A DNA stretch of 63,957 nucleotides, filler included, from Pirum gemmata (lineage: Eukaryota): assembly GCA_002812295.1 (NCBI GenBank). It is 20 parts of 20 records of this genome, joined end to end, with 100 filler letters (N's around TTAATTAATTAA, not from the genome) between each part and the next. Parts side by side here need not be neighbours in the genome. Positions count along the whole stretch, not along the records: positions 9,558 to 12,621 come from PDIN01003520.1; positions 12,722 to 15,797 come from PDIN01003521.1; positions 15,898 to 18,987 come from PDIN01003522.1; positions 19,088 to 22,172 come from PDIN01003523.1; positions 22,273 to 25,379 come from PDIN01003524.1; 15 more parts are not named here. One strand, written 5' to 3'. Made by a program: the position numbers and the translations under genes. Positions within the stretch are counted from its first letter, which is position 1. Each line of letters begins with the position of its first letter. Under the pieces are notes generated by a model. That model was given only the letters and a program-made list of their open reading frames with translations, was not told the DNA's origin and ran no database searches. Below are positions 11,225-24,883 of the stretch, piece after piece.

Positions 11225-12958
11225 ATTTGAACTCGAAAGAGAATTTTTGAAATAATTACTTTATTATTTTAATTCTTTAACAACATCGTCGATTTCACTC
11301 AAGTTATCCGCTCAATACTTATCTGCTATTTTAATTGATAATTAAGTAACTGTTAGGTGTCATTTCATTTTGAGTAATTAGTAACAATTAAATCAAAATT
11401 AATAAAATTGTAAATAAAATTGTAAACCTTTAATTAATATATTGGTGGGCTATATAATATTTTTCGAAGGATGTTAAACAACAATGAAAAGCCCCAATAA
11501 AGAATAGTTTATAAGTTGTCTTGACTCTTGAGTCTCACAGCAGCTCCCAGCAGAGTCTCTGGGAGTAGATTTCAGCTACATTTTTTGCTACAGTTTCGAA
11601 TTAATTTGGTAGGGTGCGTCAAACGAGCCACCTGTTCTCGGTTGTTCACAGAGGGGGTTTAGATCTACCTAATAATAGTCTAGGTCAGAAAGGTCAGAGT
11701 GCTCTCTATCGAGTCTCTAACTCTATTAAACAGCTCTCTACTAGCTAGCTAGTAGTCTTACTCGTTTAAATTAACCTAACTCGTGATGTTCATTTATTAG
11801 ATAGTCTAGAGTCTAGGTCTACTTAGCTTAGTTAGAGGTCAGAGTTAGTCTACTAGAGGTCTACTTAGCTAGCTAGCTCTAGTAGACCCCGATCTACTGT
11901 CGATCGATAATTATATCATAAAAATAAAATAAAACTGGGGGTCTGAGAACTACGGCAGACTCTATACTATAAGTTGCCTGCTAGACTACTACTAGAGTTG
12001 AGAACTACCAGGCATGTATGTGTGTAATCAGCTGTGCGTAATAGACTCTAGCGTAATAGACTATAGTGTGTATTCAAAGACTCCATTTTTCCTGGGGTCT
12101 TTAATATCTTTAATGTATTAATTATATCAAAGACTCCATGAAAATTGTATGTATAATTGTATATCGATAGGTACATGTAAGTACACGTGTAATTATAATC
12201 GTCGTAATAATACGTGTAATCGTCGTGTTAACATGTACACCATGTATAGTATTATATATATATACATTCATACTGATATATCGTATAGACCCCAGGGACC
12301 CCGGGTCTATCATATGAGTAACTGTTTATCAGATATGATAATAATGATATATCTAAGATAATATTATATAAATAATATCCTACTATGATGTATATATACA
12401 TATTTGAAATATATTTTATTAAAATAAGACTGTTTGAAGTTTGAACTTTGAAGTGAGTGAGTGTACTTGGAGATCGTATTTGACTTCTTTAGTTAGAAAG
12501 GATATTTGAGTCTAGCTAGCTATTGCAGCTAGCTAGTAGCTAGCTAGCTAGCTATGATATCAGATAGTAATAACTCTAGTAACAGGCCTTATTATTATTA
12601 TTGTTAGTTATTATTATTATTNNNNNNNNNNNNNNNNNNNNNNNNNNNNNNNNNNNNNNNNNNNNTTAATTAATTAANNNNNNNNNNNNNNNNNNNNNNN
12701 NNNNNNNNNNNNNNNNNNNNNATTATCATTATCATTATCATTATCATTATCATTATCGATATCGATATCATTATCAGTATCATTATCATTATCAGTATCA
12801 GTATCATTATCATTACATTTATAATATCATTATCATTATCATCATTATCAGTATTATCATTATCATTATCCATTATCATTATCATCATTATCATAATATC
12901 AATATCAATTATAAAATAATATTACATTTATTAATATTAATTTTAATATATAATATAG

Positions 12959-15336
12959 GATTACTACATGGACAAGCTAATTTTGAAAGAGTTAAAGCTT
13001 TAGCAACGGAAATAATCAAACAATTCCCAGTTTCTCAACAAAATGTACATATTTCTCTAACCACTTTTAATACCAAACCAAACCATATTGTCGATTTATC
13101 TAGCAAATCCTACAATAAAACCACTCTAATCAATCAATTAAATAACCTCCAATACAATAATGTAGAAGGGTTATGTCATTTAGGCGAAGCATTAGATTCA
13201 GTTCGAACTCATATATTTGATAGTAAAACTCGAGTTCGTAATTTGAAAAACATTGCTAAAATTATAATTGTAGTTTCTGGAGCTGGAGTAGATTCTGAAA
13301 GTAGTAGACAAGTAGAAACAATAGCACCAGAGTTGAATACTGACGGTTATACCGTTTTCGCTGTGGGGGTTGAAGGTATTGCAAATGCAAAACAATTTAA
13401 AACTTTAACTGGAAACGACGAATATGTATTTATTGAAAGTGATTATAATAATATTGCTAATCATTTACCTGAAATAATATCTAAAAGTTGTGAATCAGAT
13501 TGTGATTTTTCGGAATGGGTTAGTTGGAGTCGGTGTGAAGCTATATGTACCGATGATGCTACTGCTTTAGGTACAAGAAAACGCGTAAGAACTGTAACTA
13601 AGCCAGCTCATAATAACCAAGTCACTTGTCAACCTATCGAACAAAGCGAACCTTGTGCTAAACTATGTAAAAAAGATTGTGAATTATCAAAGGAATGGGT
13701 TAATACTACTTGTAATGCTACTTGTACAGTTGAAGGGGAGCTGGCAACTGGGTTTATCACATCTATTAAATCCATTTCTCAAATTAATAGACACGGTGGA
13801 GCAGCATGTGGAGAACGTGTTATTCACACCCCATGCCAAACACAATGTCCTGTACATTGTAAAATAACTGATTACGTCACTGGCCCTTGTAGTGCGAATT
13901 GTGATAGTAAAGGTACGGTTGAAAATAAAGTTGGGGTTAGGGTAAGAAAAGCAGATATTTTAATACAACCACAATTTGGAGGCAATCCATGCCCTGATTT
14001 AGAAATCGAGGAATCTTGTACTGAAAAATGCGAAGCTAGTTGTGAAATTACGGATTGGTTTAAATATAAAAGTTGTAACGCGACTTGTAATAGTGGTGAA
14101 AACCGGGGTCATGGTATTGAAATATGGAAACAAAACAGTACGAATAGGGTTGAAGGGGTAGAGTGTGATGCTGCCGGGGAATTTAAACCTTGTGAAATTC
14201 TTTGTCCAGTAGATTGTAAATTGTCTGACTTTTCTCAATATACAGAGTGCGACGCGAAATGCAACAATGAAGATGCTGTAGCTTATGGTTTTCAATTTAG
14301 AACCAGACAAGCAGAAATTCAAGGAAATAGCTTAGGTATTAAATGCCCGGAGGCGTTAGTGGAGAGAAAAGAATGTAAAATTGATTGCAGTGTACAATGT
14401 CAAGTAAGTGAATGGTCGGATTTTAATGTTTGTAGTAATGAATGTTTTGAGGGTAAAGTTAGGTATGGGTACAAAACACAAAAGCGTGCGGTGTTAATTA
14501 AGCCAACTGTTGGAAATGTATGCCCGGCTTTAGAAAGGACAACTGATTGTGTAGGCGTATGCGAAAGTAAAAACAGTAATGCCAATACAACTGTTAGTAG
14601 TAGTAGTAGTAGCGTTGATAAAGTTAATTCAAAACCTGCTGTTGATCAAAAAGATAATAATAATGGTGATGATGATGATGAAAAAAGTAATAAAAGTAAG
14701 CCAGTAAGTGCTGGTGTCATTACTGGGGCCGCCCTTGCTGGTATTGCTGGTTTAGTTGGTTTAGCAATTTCTGGTCGATATTATGTAAATAGAAAAAACA
14801 AAGACTATAATATTAACGGTGATGGTGAAGAAGCCTCTTTTGCTAATGATTACCGCTTTGCTGCTGGTGATGCTAACCCTTTGTTTAAAGGGGTACATTC
14901 GCCAACTGGCTCGAGAAAGGGTAGTCGTAACTATAACATCTTTAGTTTATTAAAGGCAAATGGTATTAATTCTTCTCGTTCTTCTGCAGCTAACTCCCAG
15001 CGCTCTTCCGTGGCTAACTCTCAACGCTCAGGATCCCAATCTAATAGTCGTTCTAATAGTAATTTTGGAATGGAAAATATTTTTACCAAAAAGACTTTAG
15101 CAAAATTGCAACAATCTCTTTCACCATCTGGCTCTCGAAAAAATTCTGATAGTTTGGAGACAACTATGTTTAAACAAAAACGTGCGTTGACGTTAAGCCA
15201 AAGTACCCCTATGTTAACGGTACCTTCTCCGTTAGGACTTACCTCCATGGGTCCGTCTAGATCGAATAGCAATGATTTTAATATTGAAATCAGAGAAGAA
15301 AAAACAGATGCTGTGATTGGATTGCAGTCAGTTTAA
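12959..15336 (+). CDS. Type I membrane adhesin: vWA domain + 6 spondin-type TSP1 repeats + TM + cytoplasmic tail with NPLF; terminal exon, 5' missing
   Basis: The frame is open from the acceptor TAG at 12956-12958 (LLHGQANFERVKALATEIIKQFPVSQQNVHISLTTFN...IIIVVSG...YTVFAVGV = vWA). TSP1 repeats include CDFSEWVSWSRC...RKRVR and CQVSEWSDFNVC. TM is VITGAALAGIAGLVGLAISG. Confidence 0.9.
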
Positions 15337-16426
15337 TAATCGAGTTATAATCGATAGTAACAATAGTTTATGATTAAAAAAAAAAATTAAAATAATAATA
15401 ATAATAATAATAAATCAAAATAAATAAAAGTTTTATCAATTTTTTAATTAATAAATTAAAAAAAAATAATTTGTAGTCTATCATATTAAATAATAGGTGA
15501 TTTCATAATAATAATAATAATAATAATAATATCATAATAATAATAATATGCCAATAATAACAATAATATGTCGAGTATTCCAGATGATTTTCAAGCTCGA
15601 GATGAGGTGATGTCATACTAACCTCACCAAATTAATTAAATATGTCTGATAGTTTAGCCATAATAATATTTGGTACATTTATTTCAGCTTTTGAATTATT
15701 GAAAAACACGATAGGTGAAAAGAACAAAAGCCCAATGTGGAGAGTGGGGTCATTTTTTGGGAAAGTATACTATTATTATTATTATTATTATTATTATNNN
15801 NNNNNNNNNNNNNNNNNNNNNNNNNNNNNNNNNNNNNNNNNTTAATTAATTAANNNNNNNNNNNNNNNNNNNNNNNNNNNNNNNNNNNNNNNNNNNNTTT
15901 TTTTTTTTTTTTTTTTTTCAGCGAAAAGTTGGAAGGGTGGACCAAGACAGATTCCAAGGCTCAAGAAGTTAGTAAAACGTACATCATTAGACTATCTGTA
16001 AAACTTCTCAATTTAATTTATTAGAAATGACGTCATGTTTTGTTAATTTGTGATGCAAAACTATGCAAATTAAAACATAAAGTGAATATCCTGGTATTAT
16101 TATATCCATCCCTCTCCTAATAGTTATACATTTATTTACATACTATTATATTATATTATATATTTTCATTATTGTATTTTTTAATGTAAAAAAAAATAAA
16201 TAAAAAACGTATATATACATTGTAAAAAAAAAGGGGGGGGAACAAAAACAAAAAAATATTATATAATATACAACTATAACTAAACATAATAAATATTTTT
16301 AAATATACTAGTGTATACTATTATTTTAATTATATAATACAAAATACAGATTGTACATATTAAATATTTTTATAAAATATAACAATAACAACACAATAAA
16401 ATCTAAATTCTATTATTATCAGCACA

Positions 16427-18190
16427 ATGACTAACGAAAAAAATGAGTTGACGAAATTGCTTTCACTTCACCAAGATAAACAGCTCTACCGATTAAAAGA
16501 TATTTCTCCCTATCGACAATGGGATTTTTCAGCACCAACTATTACTACATCTTTCCGGTTTCAAGAACGCAATAGTTACGTTTCCGATGTACCTTTTTTT
16601 ACCTCTTTGCAAAATCACAATCAAGGTTTTACTTATCGCTTGTTTGAGGGCTTGGGACTATTTCGCGATAACTCCGATTTAGTCCTCTTTGGTGGCTCTC
16701 TCGTCGATTTTATTTTAAAAGATGAAGACTCCATCGCTGATTTTGATTTTAAATTAATCGGCGAATTTAGTGAAGAAGAAAGTACAAAAAGAGCAAAGCA
16801 ATTTGTAAACGATATACAAAGTGTGCTAAGAATTTTTAATGCAGAATCTGATGCATTGGCTACAGAGCAAAAGTACGGTAACAACTTTAATGATGGACCA
16901 CATAAACATAAAAGTGCTCCTATTTCACCAATTACGCACGGGGATGTAAGTTACTTTGATTTGAATGAAGTAAAAGCTTCTCGTTCGGGAAATGCAATTA
17001 CAGTTTTAGTTCCATTCAGCAAGAGCAAAGCAGGGATGTCGATACTCGAAGGCACTAAGTTACAACTGGTTTTCAATCCAGCCTCAAGTTTGGAATCAAT
17101 GTTGGATACATGTTTTCCTCACTGTACTGCTATTGCGCTTTATCAAAATAAGGTGTCACTTACTGCAGCCGCTCGATATTGCTTGGAAAGTTTATGTATA
17201 TTTATTCCGGACTTTACAAGTCTAAATAGCAGTGATGGTAATAATGATAGTGATGATAATGTTAACGTTGTTAACCATTTAAAAGAACAGTTGAATCGAC
17301 CAGAAACATTTTCACAACGTTTATATAAATATTTTTATAAAGGATTCGATTTGATATTGCCTAACCTTGATATTCAGAAATTACCTTCGAGAAATTTAAA
17401 GTTTAGTATCGACGAAATATTGGATTTGCCAAATTTAATAGTCAAATTTTATCAAATTGAAGGTTATAAGATAATGAGTACAGATATAGAATTCAGAGCC
17501 TCAGAAACGGCTTCTAATGTTGATGAAGATGAAAGAACAATTAATGACTCCGAAGGAGTTTTCATATCGAAGCCCACTGTTGCTCTGAAAAGGTTACGTG
17601 GTTATATGTCTTGTGATAGTACTGATTTATCAATGGCAAGTATTATCCATCATAACATTTCTTGTTTAGTTAATAATGATTACACCTGTTTAGTCTTTGC
17701 CGCACAAGGCGAAAGCATTGCTGAAATTTTCAATCACACACCTGTTATTACCCCAAGAATGGTTGATAAAACTTATGAAACTTGCGTAAACAAAATCAAT
17801 GATAATATTGCCAAAAAAAAGATTGATATTGATGATATTTGTGGGTTTTTTAGTGAAACGGATCCTATCGAAATTTGCTCTACATTGACAGAAGAATGTG
17901 TGAGGGCAAATAGGGAAAATGGAAGAAGAAACTTTGATGAGGTAAGGAGTGGATTTACAAGCGGCGACGGAGAGGTAACAAGTCACAAAGTTTCGTTCAA
18001 CACAGGAATAGGAAAGTATATACAGGCTATTGCATTGAATGAAAAAAAGTCCATACTGAAAAAAATCGATACACTGGAGAAAGACTTTGAACAACATCGA
18101 CAACAACTTCTTAGTATAACATCATCTACAGACAAAACTATAGGTAGTATTTCTGTGTTTTATGGTGTTTATGGAAAAACCACCCTCTAA
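16427..18190 (+). CDS. Intronless 587-aa putative Pol-beta-superfamily nucleotidyltransferase
   Basis: Clean ATG-TAA ORF. LVLFGGSLVDFILKDEDSIADFDFKL fits hG[GS]x9-13Dh[DE]h, and RLYKYFYKGFDLILPNLD lies downstream. Confidence 0.7.
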   Translation: MTNEKNELTKLLSLHQDKQLYRLKDISPYRQWDFSAPTITTSFRFQERNSYVSDVPFFTSLQNHNQGFTYRLFEGLGLFRDNSDLVLFGGSLVDFILKDEDSIADFDFKLIGEFSEEESTKRAKQFVNDIQSVLRIFNAESDALATEQKYGNNFNDGPHKHKSAPISPITHGDVSYFDLNEVKASRSGNAITVLVPFSKSKAGMSILEGTKLQLVFNPASSLESMLDTCFPHCTAIALYQNKVSLTAAARYCLESLCIFIPDFTSLNSSDGNNDSDDNVNVVNHLKEQLNRPETFSQRLYKYFYKGFDLILPNLDIQKLPSRNLKFSIDEILDLPNLIVKFYQIEGYKIMSTDIEFRASETASNVDEDERTINDSEGVFISKPTVALKRLRGYMSCDSTDLSMASIIHHNISCLVNNDYTCLVFAAQGESIAEIFNHTPVITPRMVDKTYETCVNKINDNIAKKKIDIDDICGFFSETDPIEICSTLTEECVRANRENGRRNFDEVRSGFTSGDGEVTSHKVSFNTGIGKYIQAIALNEKKSILKKIDTLEKDFEQHRQQLLSITSSTDKTIGSISVFYGVYGKTTL

Positions 18191-18444
18191 AGAAAAATAA
18201 ATAAATAGATAAATAAATAAAAAACATTTTATAAGAATAAAATTTAATAACGGGATGGGTTAGGGTTAGGGTTAAGGTTAAGGTTAGGGCTGATATGGTT
18301 ATTAGCGTTAGGGTTTAAGGTATGTAGATTTATAGTTAAATATCGCAGTAAAAAGATTTGAGCCTACATTGATATCTCTATCAGCAATATGATTACAATT
18401 ATTATCGATACACCGCAGAGTCTTATTCGAACCGAGCAAATAAT

Positions 18445-18592
18445 TAATACTACAAAACTACAAAACTACAAAACTATAAAACTACAAAACTACAAAACTA
18501 CAAAACTACAAAACTATAAAACTATAAAACTACAAAACTACAAAACTACAAAACTACAAAACTACAAAACTACAAAACTACAAAACTACAAA
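18445..18592. repeat. (CTACAAAA)n octamer tandem repeat
   Basis: Visible directly. Confidence 0.9.
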
Positions 18593-18663
18593 ATCCCCAA
18601 GACCCAAACCTTAAATTTATTCTTAAATTTAAACATAACCTCGACTCTAAAATCTTATTATTA

Positions 18664-18830
18664 ACCTTAACCTTATCTTTAACGTTCATCACCTTAACCT
18701 TAAATTGAACCTTACACTTACCCTTACCCTTACCCTTACCCTTACCCTTAACCTTACCCTTAACCTTACCCTTAACCTTAACCTTAACCTTAACCTTTTA
18801 ACCTTAACCTTAATCTTAATCTTAACCTTC
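18664..18830 (-). repeat. Telomere-like variant array (CCTTAA/CCTTAC)n
   Basis: Visible directly. An opposite-polarity TTAGGG array lies at 18258-18320. Confidence 0.85.
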
Positions 18831-20331
18831 AATTTAACTAATTTTAACTGTAAACCGAAACAACTAAAGCATGCCCTATAGAGCATATATTTGAAGGTGG
18901 TTTATTATTAGGTACGATTTATTATTATTGTTTCTATTATTATACTTATTCTTATTCTTATTATTATGCTCATTATTATTATTATTANNNNNNNNNNNNN
19001 NNNNNNNNNNNNNNNNNNNNNNNNNNNNNNNTTAATTAATTAANNNNNNNNNNNNNNNNNNNNNNNNNNNNNNNNNNNNNNNNNNNNAATAATAATAATA
19101 ATAATAAATGAATTAGTGGGTTATAGTTTACACAGGCAAATTATAAAACCTCAAAAACTGATAGATAAAACAATAGATAAACAAATTTGTTCCAGAGACA
19201 GTTTTATCCTTGGCCTAACCCAATTGAATTTTAATAAAACTATTTTCCTCACTTTCAATTCCCAGTTTTGTTTATGTTAGTTTGTTTCAAACATTGTAAA
19301 TTGAACACTTATAATATTAGGCATTATTATTAAAAACATTTTATAGTATTTTCATGTATCTTACTTTGAGTTTTCAGCCGGGACACGTTCAGCAGAGTCG
19401 ACACCCTTCACAAGCTGTGCGTTCCTTTGCAATTCGCTTTGAATATTCTCCATTATGCCAAATAAATAATACTAACAATAAAGGTAATATCAAGGCTACC
19501 CTTTTCCAAAAAAAATAAATTGAGTTGTATGTGATCTCTATATGTACTATTCGATTATTTGAGGTGACTTCAAAATGTATTAAGGAATGCAATGCAATGT
19601 CTTTGTCTATTTTATAATTCTAAATATAAACTATGGTACCTGGCATATATTTTCTTTATAAGTATCGATAATAATTATTATGATATCGATATGTTTTGTG
19701 AATGATAGACCTACTCGTACAGTAGAATGATATATCAGTATTTTATCTAGAGTATTTTTTATGTTTGTTTATTACTCTTTTATTATTATCAATATTATTT
19801 TTTTTAAAAAAAAAAAACTAGTCTCATGATTTTATTTACATATTTTATTTTCTTATTATGATATCATAGGTTTTATTTTATTTTATCTGTAACATCCCCA
19901 ATAACAAATTTTAAAAAAAAACTGATAGTTTTACTACAAATAGTCTACAATATAACAATAATAGTTTTGGAACTGTCCTAAACCCCTAAACTATATCAGC
20001 AAGAAAAGTTAGAAAACAGCTAGTCAACCCTAGAGTTTACCAATCATAGTAGGCTATATAAGCATGAGACGGTGAGACCTACCACTAGTAGCTCTCATGA
20101 TATATTATATATAAGCTAGAAGAAAACAGCTGGTAGCCACTTAAATCATTTCATTGGCTCAGCTTAAATTGCAATGATAAATAAAGATTTATAAAATTAT
20201 TTATAAAATTTATTAGACAAGGACAATAGACTACAGTGAATAGTATACACTGACAATACAAGGACTCTACAAAAGTCTACATTCTACAACTGAGCTAGGC
20301 CCGATCTACTATAATAAATATGACCATATAG

Positions 20332-20384
<53 letters not shown>

Positions 20385-21795
20385 AACGGCCTTGAAAAAA
20401 CGAAGGACTTGAAGTAGTGAACCTAGCTAGTAGCTTGAACTGTGTGTGGACTGGAAAAAACACTCTACAATCCATTTATGATATAGTACAACCTACCGGT
20501 ATCTGATACGATACAATCTACATAATAATATTATACTACTATGATATGATACATACTAAAAAAAAAATTAAAAAAAATCCTGTTTTCAAAGGAGGAACAG
20601 AGTTCAACAGACCCCCCCCATAATTTGCTTCATAATTCTTTGATATTGTCGTTTGGTTTTGACTTGTTATACTTTTCATAACTATTGATAGTAGTATCAT
20701 AGCTAGCTAGTAGCTAGTTAGAGAGAACCACCATCGGATAGCCTATCGGATAGCTATCATACTGTAAGCCTGTCTAGTCTAGCTAGCTACTAGCTAGCTA
20801 GCTATCATAGCCTTGGTTGCTGTGAAAAAATCCTATCATAGAGTAAAAAATCAGGCTTATCACGTGATCAAAATACTCATTTTCTTTTGTTTTTCAAAAC
20901 ACTAGACTCTAGCTAGCTAGCTAGCTAGAAGTACTAGTCTACGGTTTCTCTTTCTGTAGATTTAATAAGGTAGACTATGAGTGATCTCCTGGAGTGAGAT
21001 GTTCAGAACTTCAGACCGAAGGGTTCGAGACTTGCTCGTTTTTAACGAGACTTCCACTCCCACAGAATTTTCTTTTACGGTATCTACACGGTAGATAGTA
21101 GTAGTCTACTAGCTAGTATCCGGAGTTTTAGACCAAGTTACAAACTTACAAGGAGCAAAGAGTTCATTTTGAAATGATAATGATAATGATAAATTGCTAC
21201 AATTCACAAAAAGACTGAAGTAAATGAATTGGGTATGAATCGTAATTATTACAATTAAAAGGTGGACTTTTTATTTATTTATTTTCTTATTTATTATCGA
21301 TAAGCATCACATTAACTTTACTCTTACAAAAAAACCACACAATGAACTGCAAAGGGTAACAAACTTAATTATTGCAAAATTTGTAACGATAATAATTTCA
21401 TTCAAAAATATAAACTTTGTGAAGAAAGTATGAAATAAGTAATAAAGATAAAAAAAAAGTTTGAGGATCAAAAAATACTGCTATCTTTATCACGAAAATA
21501 TGATCAAGAAGAATTCTATTTTTCATTAATTTTAAAATTCAATTGTTTTCATGTAAGGTGTAAACAAAACGAACAAAATTGACCATACCGCATGTTATTA
21601 TTACGGTTATGAATCTATATTATGAAAGAAAATTTAGAGAATCATCTTAAAACCTTTATGAAAAAAAAAAATCTGTTGAGAGTACAGTAACTGCACAGTA
21701 CACAAGGTTGATAAATGATCGAATACATACAAAATCAAGCACTGAACAAATAAACCGAGCAATGGTTTATAGCATTATTAACATCGAAAAAATTA

Positions 21796-22034
21796 TTAAG
21801 TTTGATTTAGCAATATTGCTCTGAATTCAGACAGTGGAGCATAATCTTTAACGTCGATCAAATTAAAAGCATTGGTGAAATGAATAAAATGTGTAAATAC
21901 CATGTTTAAATGCGGAACTTGCTTTAATTTGTCCACATCACTGAAATGAGAATGATATATATGTGCAAATACTTGAAACATAAGCTTATATATTTTTTTG
22001 CAAATAAGAAGGAAGTCTTTTGGGAATGGGTTAT
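21796..22034 (-). CDS. MOB kinase activator family (Mob1/Mob2-like), last exon
   Basis: From the CAG acceptor at 22037-22035: NPFPKDFLLICKKIYKLMFQVFAHIYHSHF...HLNMVFTHFIHFTNAFNLIDVKDYAPL*. This is the canonical MOB C-terminal pattern, including the HIYHSH His pair. Confidence 0.92.
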
Positions 22035-22411
22035 CTGGTAATAAAAAAAATAAAAAAAATAAAAATAAATAAAAAAATAAAATAAATAAATAATAAAACT
22101 ATAATATATATAAATTAATATTAAGATTAAAATAATAAAATAAAAATAAAAATACAAATAAAAATGAAATAANNNNNNNNNNNNNNNNNNNNNNNNNNNN
22201 NNNNNNNNNNNNNNNNTTAATTAATTAANNNNNNNNNNNNNNNNNNNNNNNNNNNNNNNNNNNNNNNNNNNNATATTAACAATAATAATAATAATAATAA
22301 TAAAGTTGAATGGAGGTAAGTGATTGTAATCTATCGCTTAAACGTTTATTATTATTTTAATTTTTATTATTATTATTATTTTTTATTTTTTTTTGATTCT
22401 ATAAAAATATC

Positions 22412-22445
<34 letters not shown>

Positions 22446-22883
22446 GCGGTAAAAGAGCTTTGTTTAGTTTTTAGGTCTCGGATGTTTTTACGGCGTATGG
22501 GATAAAGAAAAAATATAGGAAAGTTTGGTTTTTTGGTTAAATGTTTTTGATTATAATTTTGACGAAGCATAGGATAAAAACTAATTTGGAAAAAGGATTT
22601 GTTGTTTTTATATTTTATTATTGTAATTATAACAGGAAGAAAAACTAACTTAGGGTTTTCAGATTTTATATGTCTGTTGACCTTGTTTAGAAATTAATGA
22701 TGTTGAATGTCTTGATTAATTTCAATAATAATGATTGAATGCATTTATTAATTTATTTTTTGTTTAGAGCACTTGAAATGAAAAAATTAATTGTAATTCA
22801 AACAGGACCCAATATAAAATAAATTAAAGATTTATAACTAAATATTAATTTATTTAACGTAATATATATATTATAATATCAAC

Positions 22884-22918
<35 letters not shown>

Positions 22919-22931
22919 TAATATAAAATAC

Positions 22932-24883
22932 CTTGTTAACTTTACAGGAAGGTTTGTAAAATTAAGAGCCCCGCAGTGAGAAGTTTCGGGTGTGTTAAGT
23001 TTTCTTTTCAACATCGAATCTGTTAAATATTCAAAACCATAGTTAGGATCGCATTTTCCTCTCAAATCCTTACATGTTTCAGTATTAGCATCCAAATAAA
23101 AACTTGTGTGTTGGTCTTTACATTTTGTGCATTTCACTTCACTTTGCCCATTTCCCCCAGAGCAAGCAGATACAAACGTTTTATCTGTATTTTTATTGTG
23201 CCAACCAAATAACGAAAAGAACAAACAATGTTGATTGATTAAAATATTATAACAGTAAAATATTATAACAGTAGTACAACTTTAATAAAAAAAGATAAAT
23301 AACAACAAACAATTAAACAATAATAAACAAGATTTACTATATATATAGTAACAATAGTAATAAATATATAATAATAATAATAAATTATACCTTCACAATT
23401 TCCTTTTGTAGCTATATCGGGGTGTTGACACGTTATGGCTTTCTTGTTATTACTCAAATAAAACCCCTTTTTAGCTGTGTTACAAGTCACAGATAAGGTA
23501 CCATCATCACCATCACAACGAAGCACACTGTTTCTATCTTTACAATTGCCTGCATTACTAATACGATCTGTACTACAACTCTCGCATATACCACGTCTAG
23601 AAAAATACTCTCCCACAGGGCAACGCAAGCAAAAACCGTTAGCGTCTTTATTATACGTAGGTAAACATTCGTGACAAGTAACCATATCTATGCCGTTGCA
23701 AGTGTTTACTTTCCCATCTTTACAATTTCCAAGTGTGGCAATTGGGCTTGTCTGACAACTTTGACAAGTATTGTTACTATGGAGAAACTCATCGAGAAGG
23801 CATGGTTTACAAATACCATTTGCATGTAACGAATGCCTGTTTTTACAATGAGAACAAGTCACGGTGTCGGTTCCATCGGTTAAGCCCTGACAAGTCAAGA
23901 CACTGGCTTTATCTTTGCAATTGCCCGCATCTTTAATATCATCTGTGCTATCACATTTAACACAAACATCATTGTTATTTAAATAATATCCACTTAGACA
24001 TTGTGTGCAAGTAACGGTGTCAGTACCATCAACTAAACCTGAACAAGTTTTAACACTGTTGTGATCTTTGCAATTACCTGCATTTTTGATATTGTCGGTA
24101 ATTGTAGCCGTACATGAATTACAAACACCATTTCTATTTTTATAATATCCTGATTCACATTGATTACATTTGTATTTTTTGTTCAAGCATTGTAATTTAT
24201 TACTTTGTCCTGTTATACAACCCGTTTGGAGAGTACAAGGTAAACACAACGAGTCCAAATTTTTATAAAAACCATTCTTACATTCATTGCATTTTAATGT
24301 ATTACTAGCAGCATTACATTCCAATGAGGTTGCGCTCTTTCCGATTTTACAATCACTTTGTGCATTACAAACTTTGCATTGTGTACCATCCCAAAATTTC
24401 CCATCTATACATTTTGAGCAAACGACTATGTTGTTCCCGGTATTTTCATCCTTTTTAAAATGGCAATTAATAATAATAATAATGATCAATACACTAAATA
24501 TATAATATTAACCTTAAACCCACCCTACATCAACTGTTAAATTATGAAATAATAATTTTTAAATAGCTTACCTCAAGTCCTCAACCCACCCTAAACTCAA
24601 CCTTAACTATTAAAACACGAAGAAAATGTAAGAACAAGAAATTAACTTTAACGCACACCCTGCCCCGATTTTTTTACCCAGATTTCTATATATTACAACT
24701 AAAATTATAAACAATTTACCCATTTGCAGGTGTCAACACTAGCTGTATCATAACATTGGCCTTGGCTAGCAGCTTCATCATTTTGACATGAATAACACCC
24801 AGTAGAATTCACCCAATCTCCGTCATCACAAGATCCAACCACCAGATCATCAAACAAAGCACCACTAGAAATAGAGTTTCCGT
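22932..24883 (-). CDS. Cys-rich (furin-like/CxxC repeat) surface or receptor protein; internal exons 24883-24720, 24450-23391 and 23184-22932
   Basis: Repeats of C..C..G(Y/F)(Y/F)....C..C and a recurring I.NAGNCKD..SV.TC.G.DGT.TVTC unit. The GT-AG junctions keep frame (KW|DEN, EG|split to D-KTF). Confidence 0.85.
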
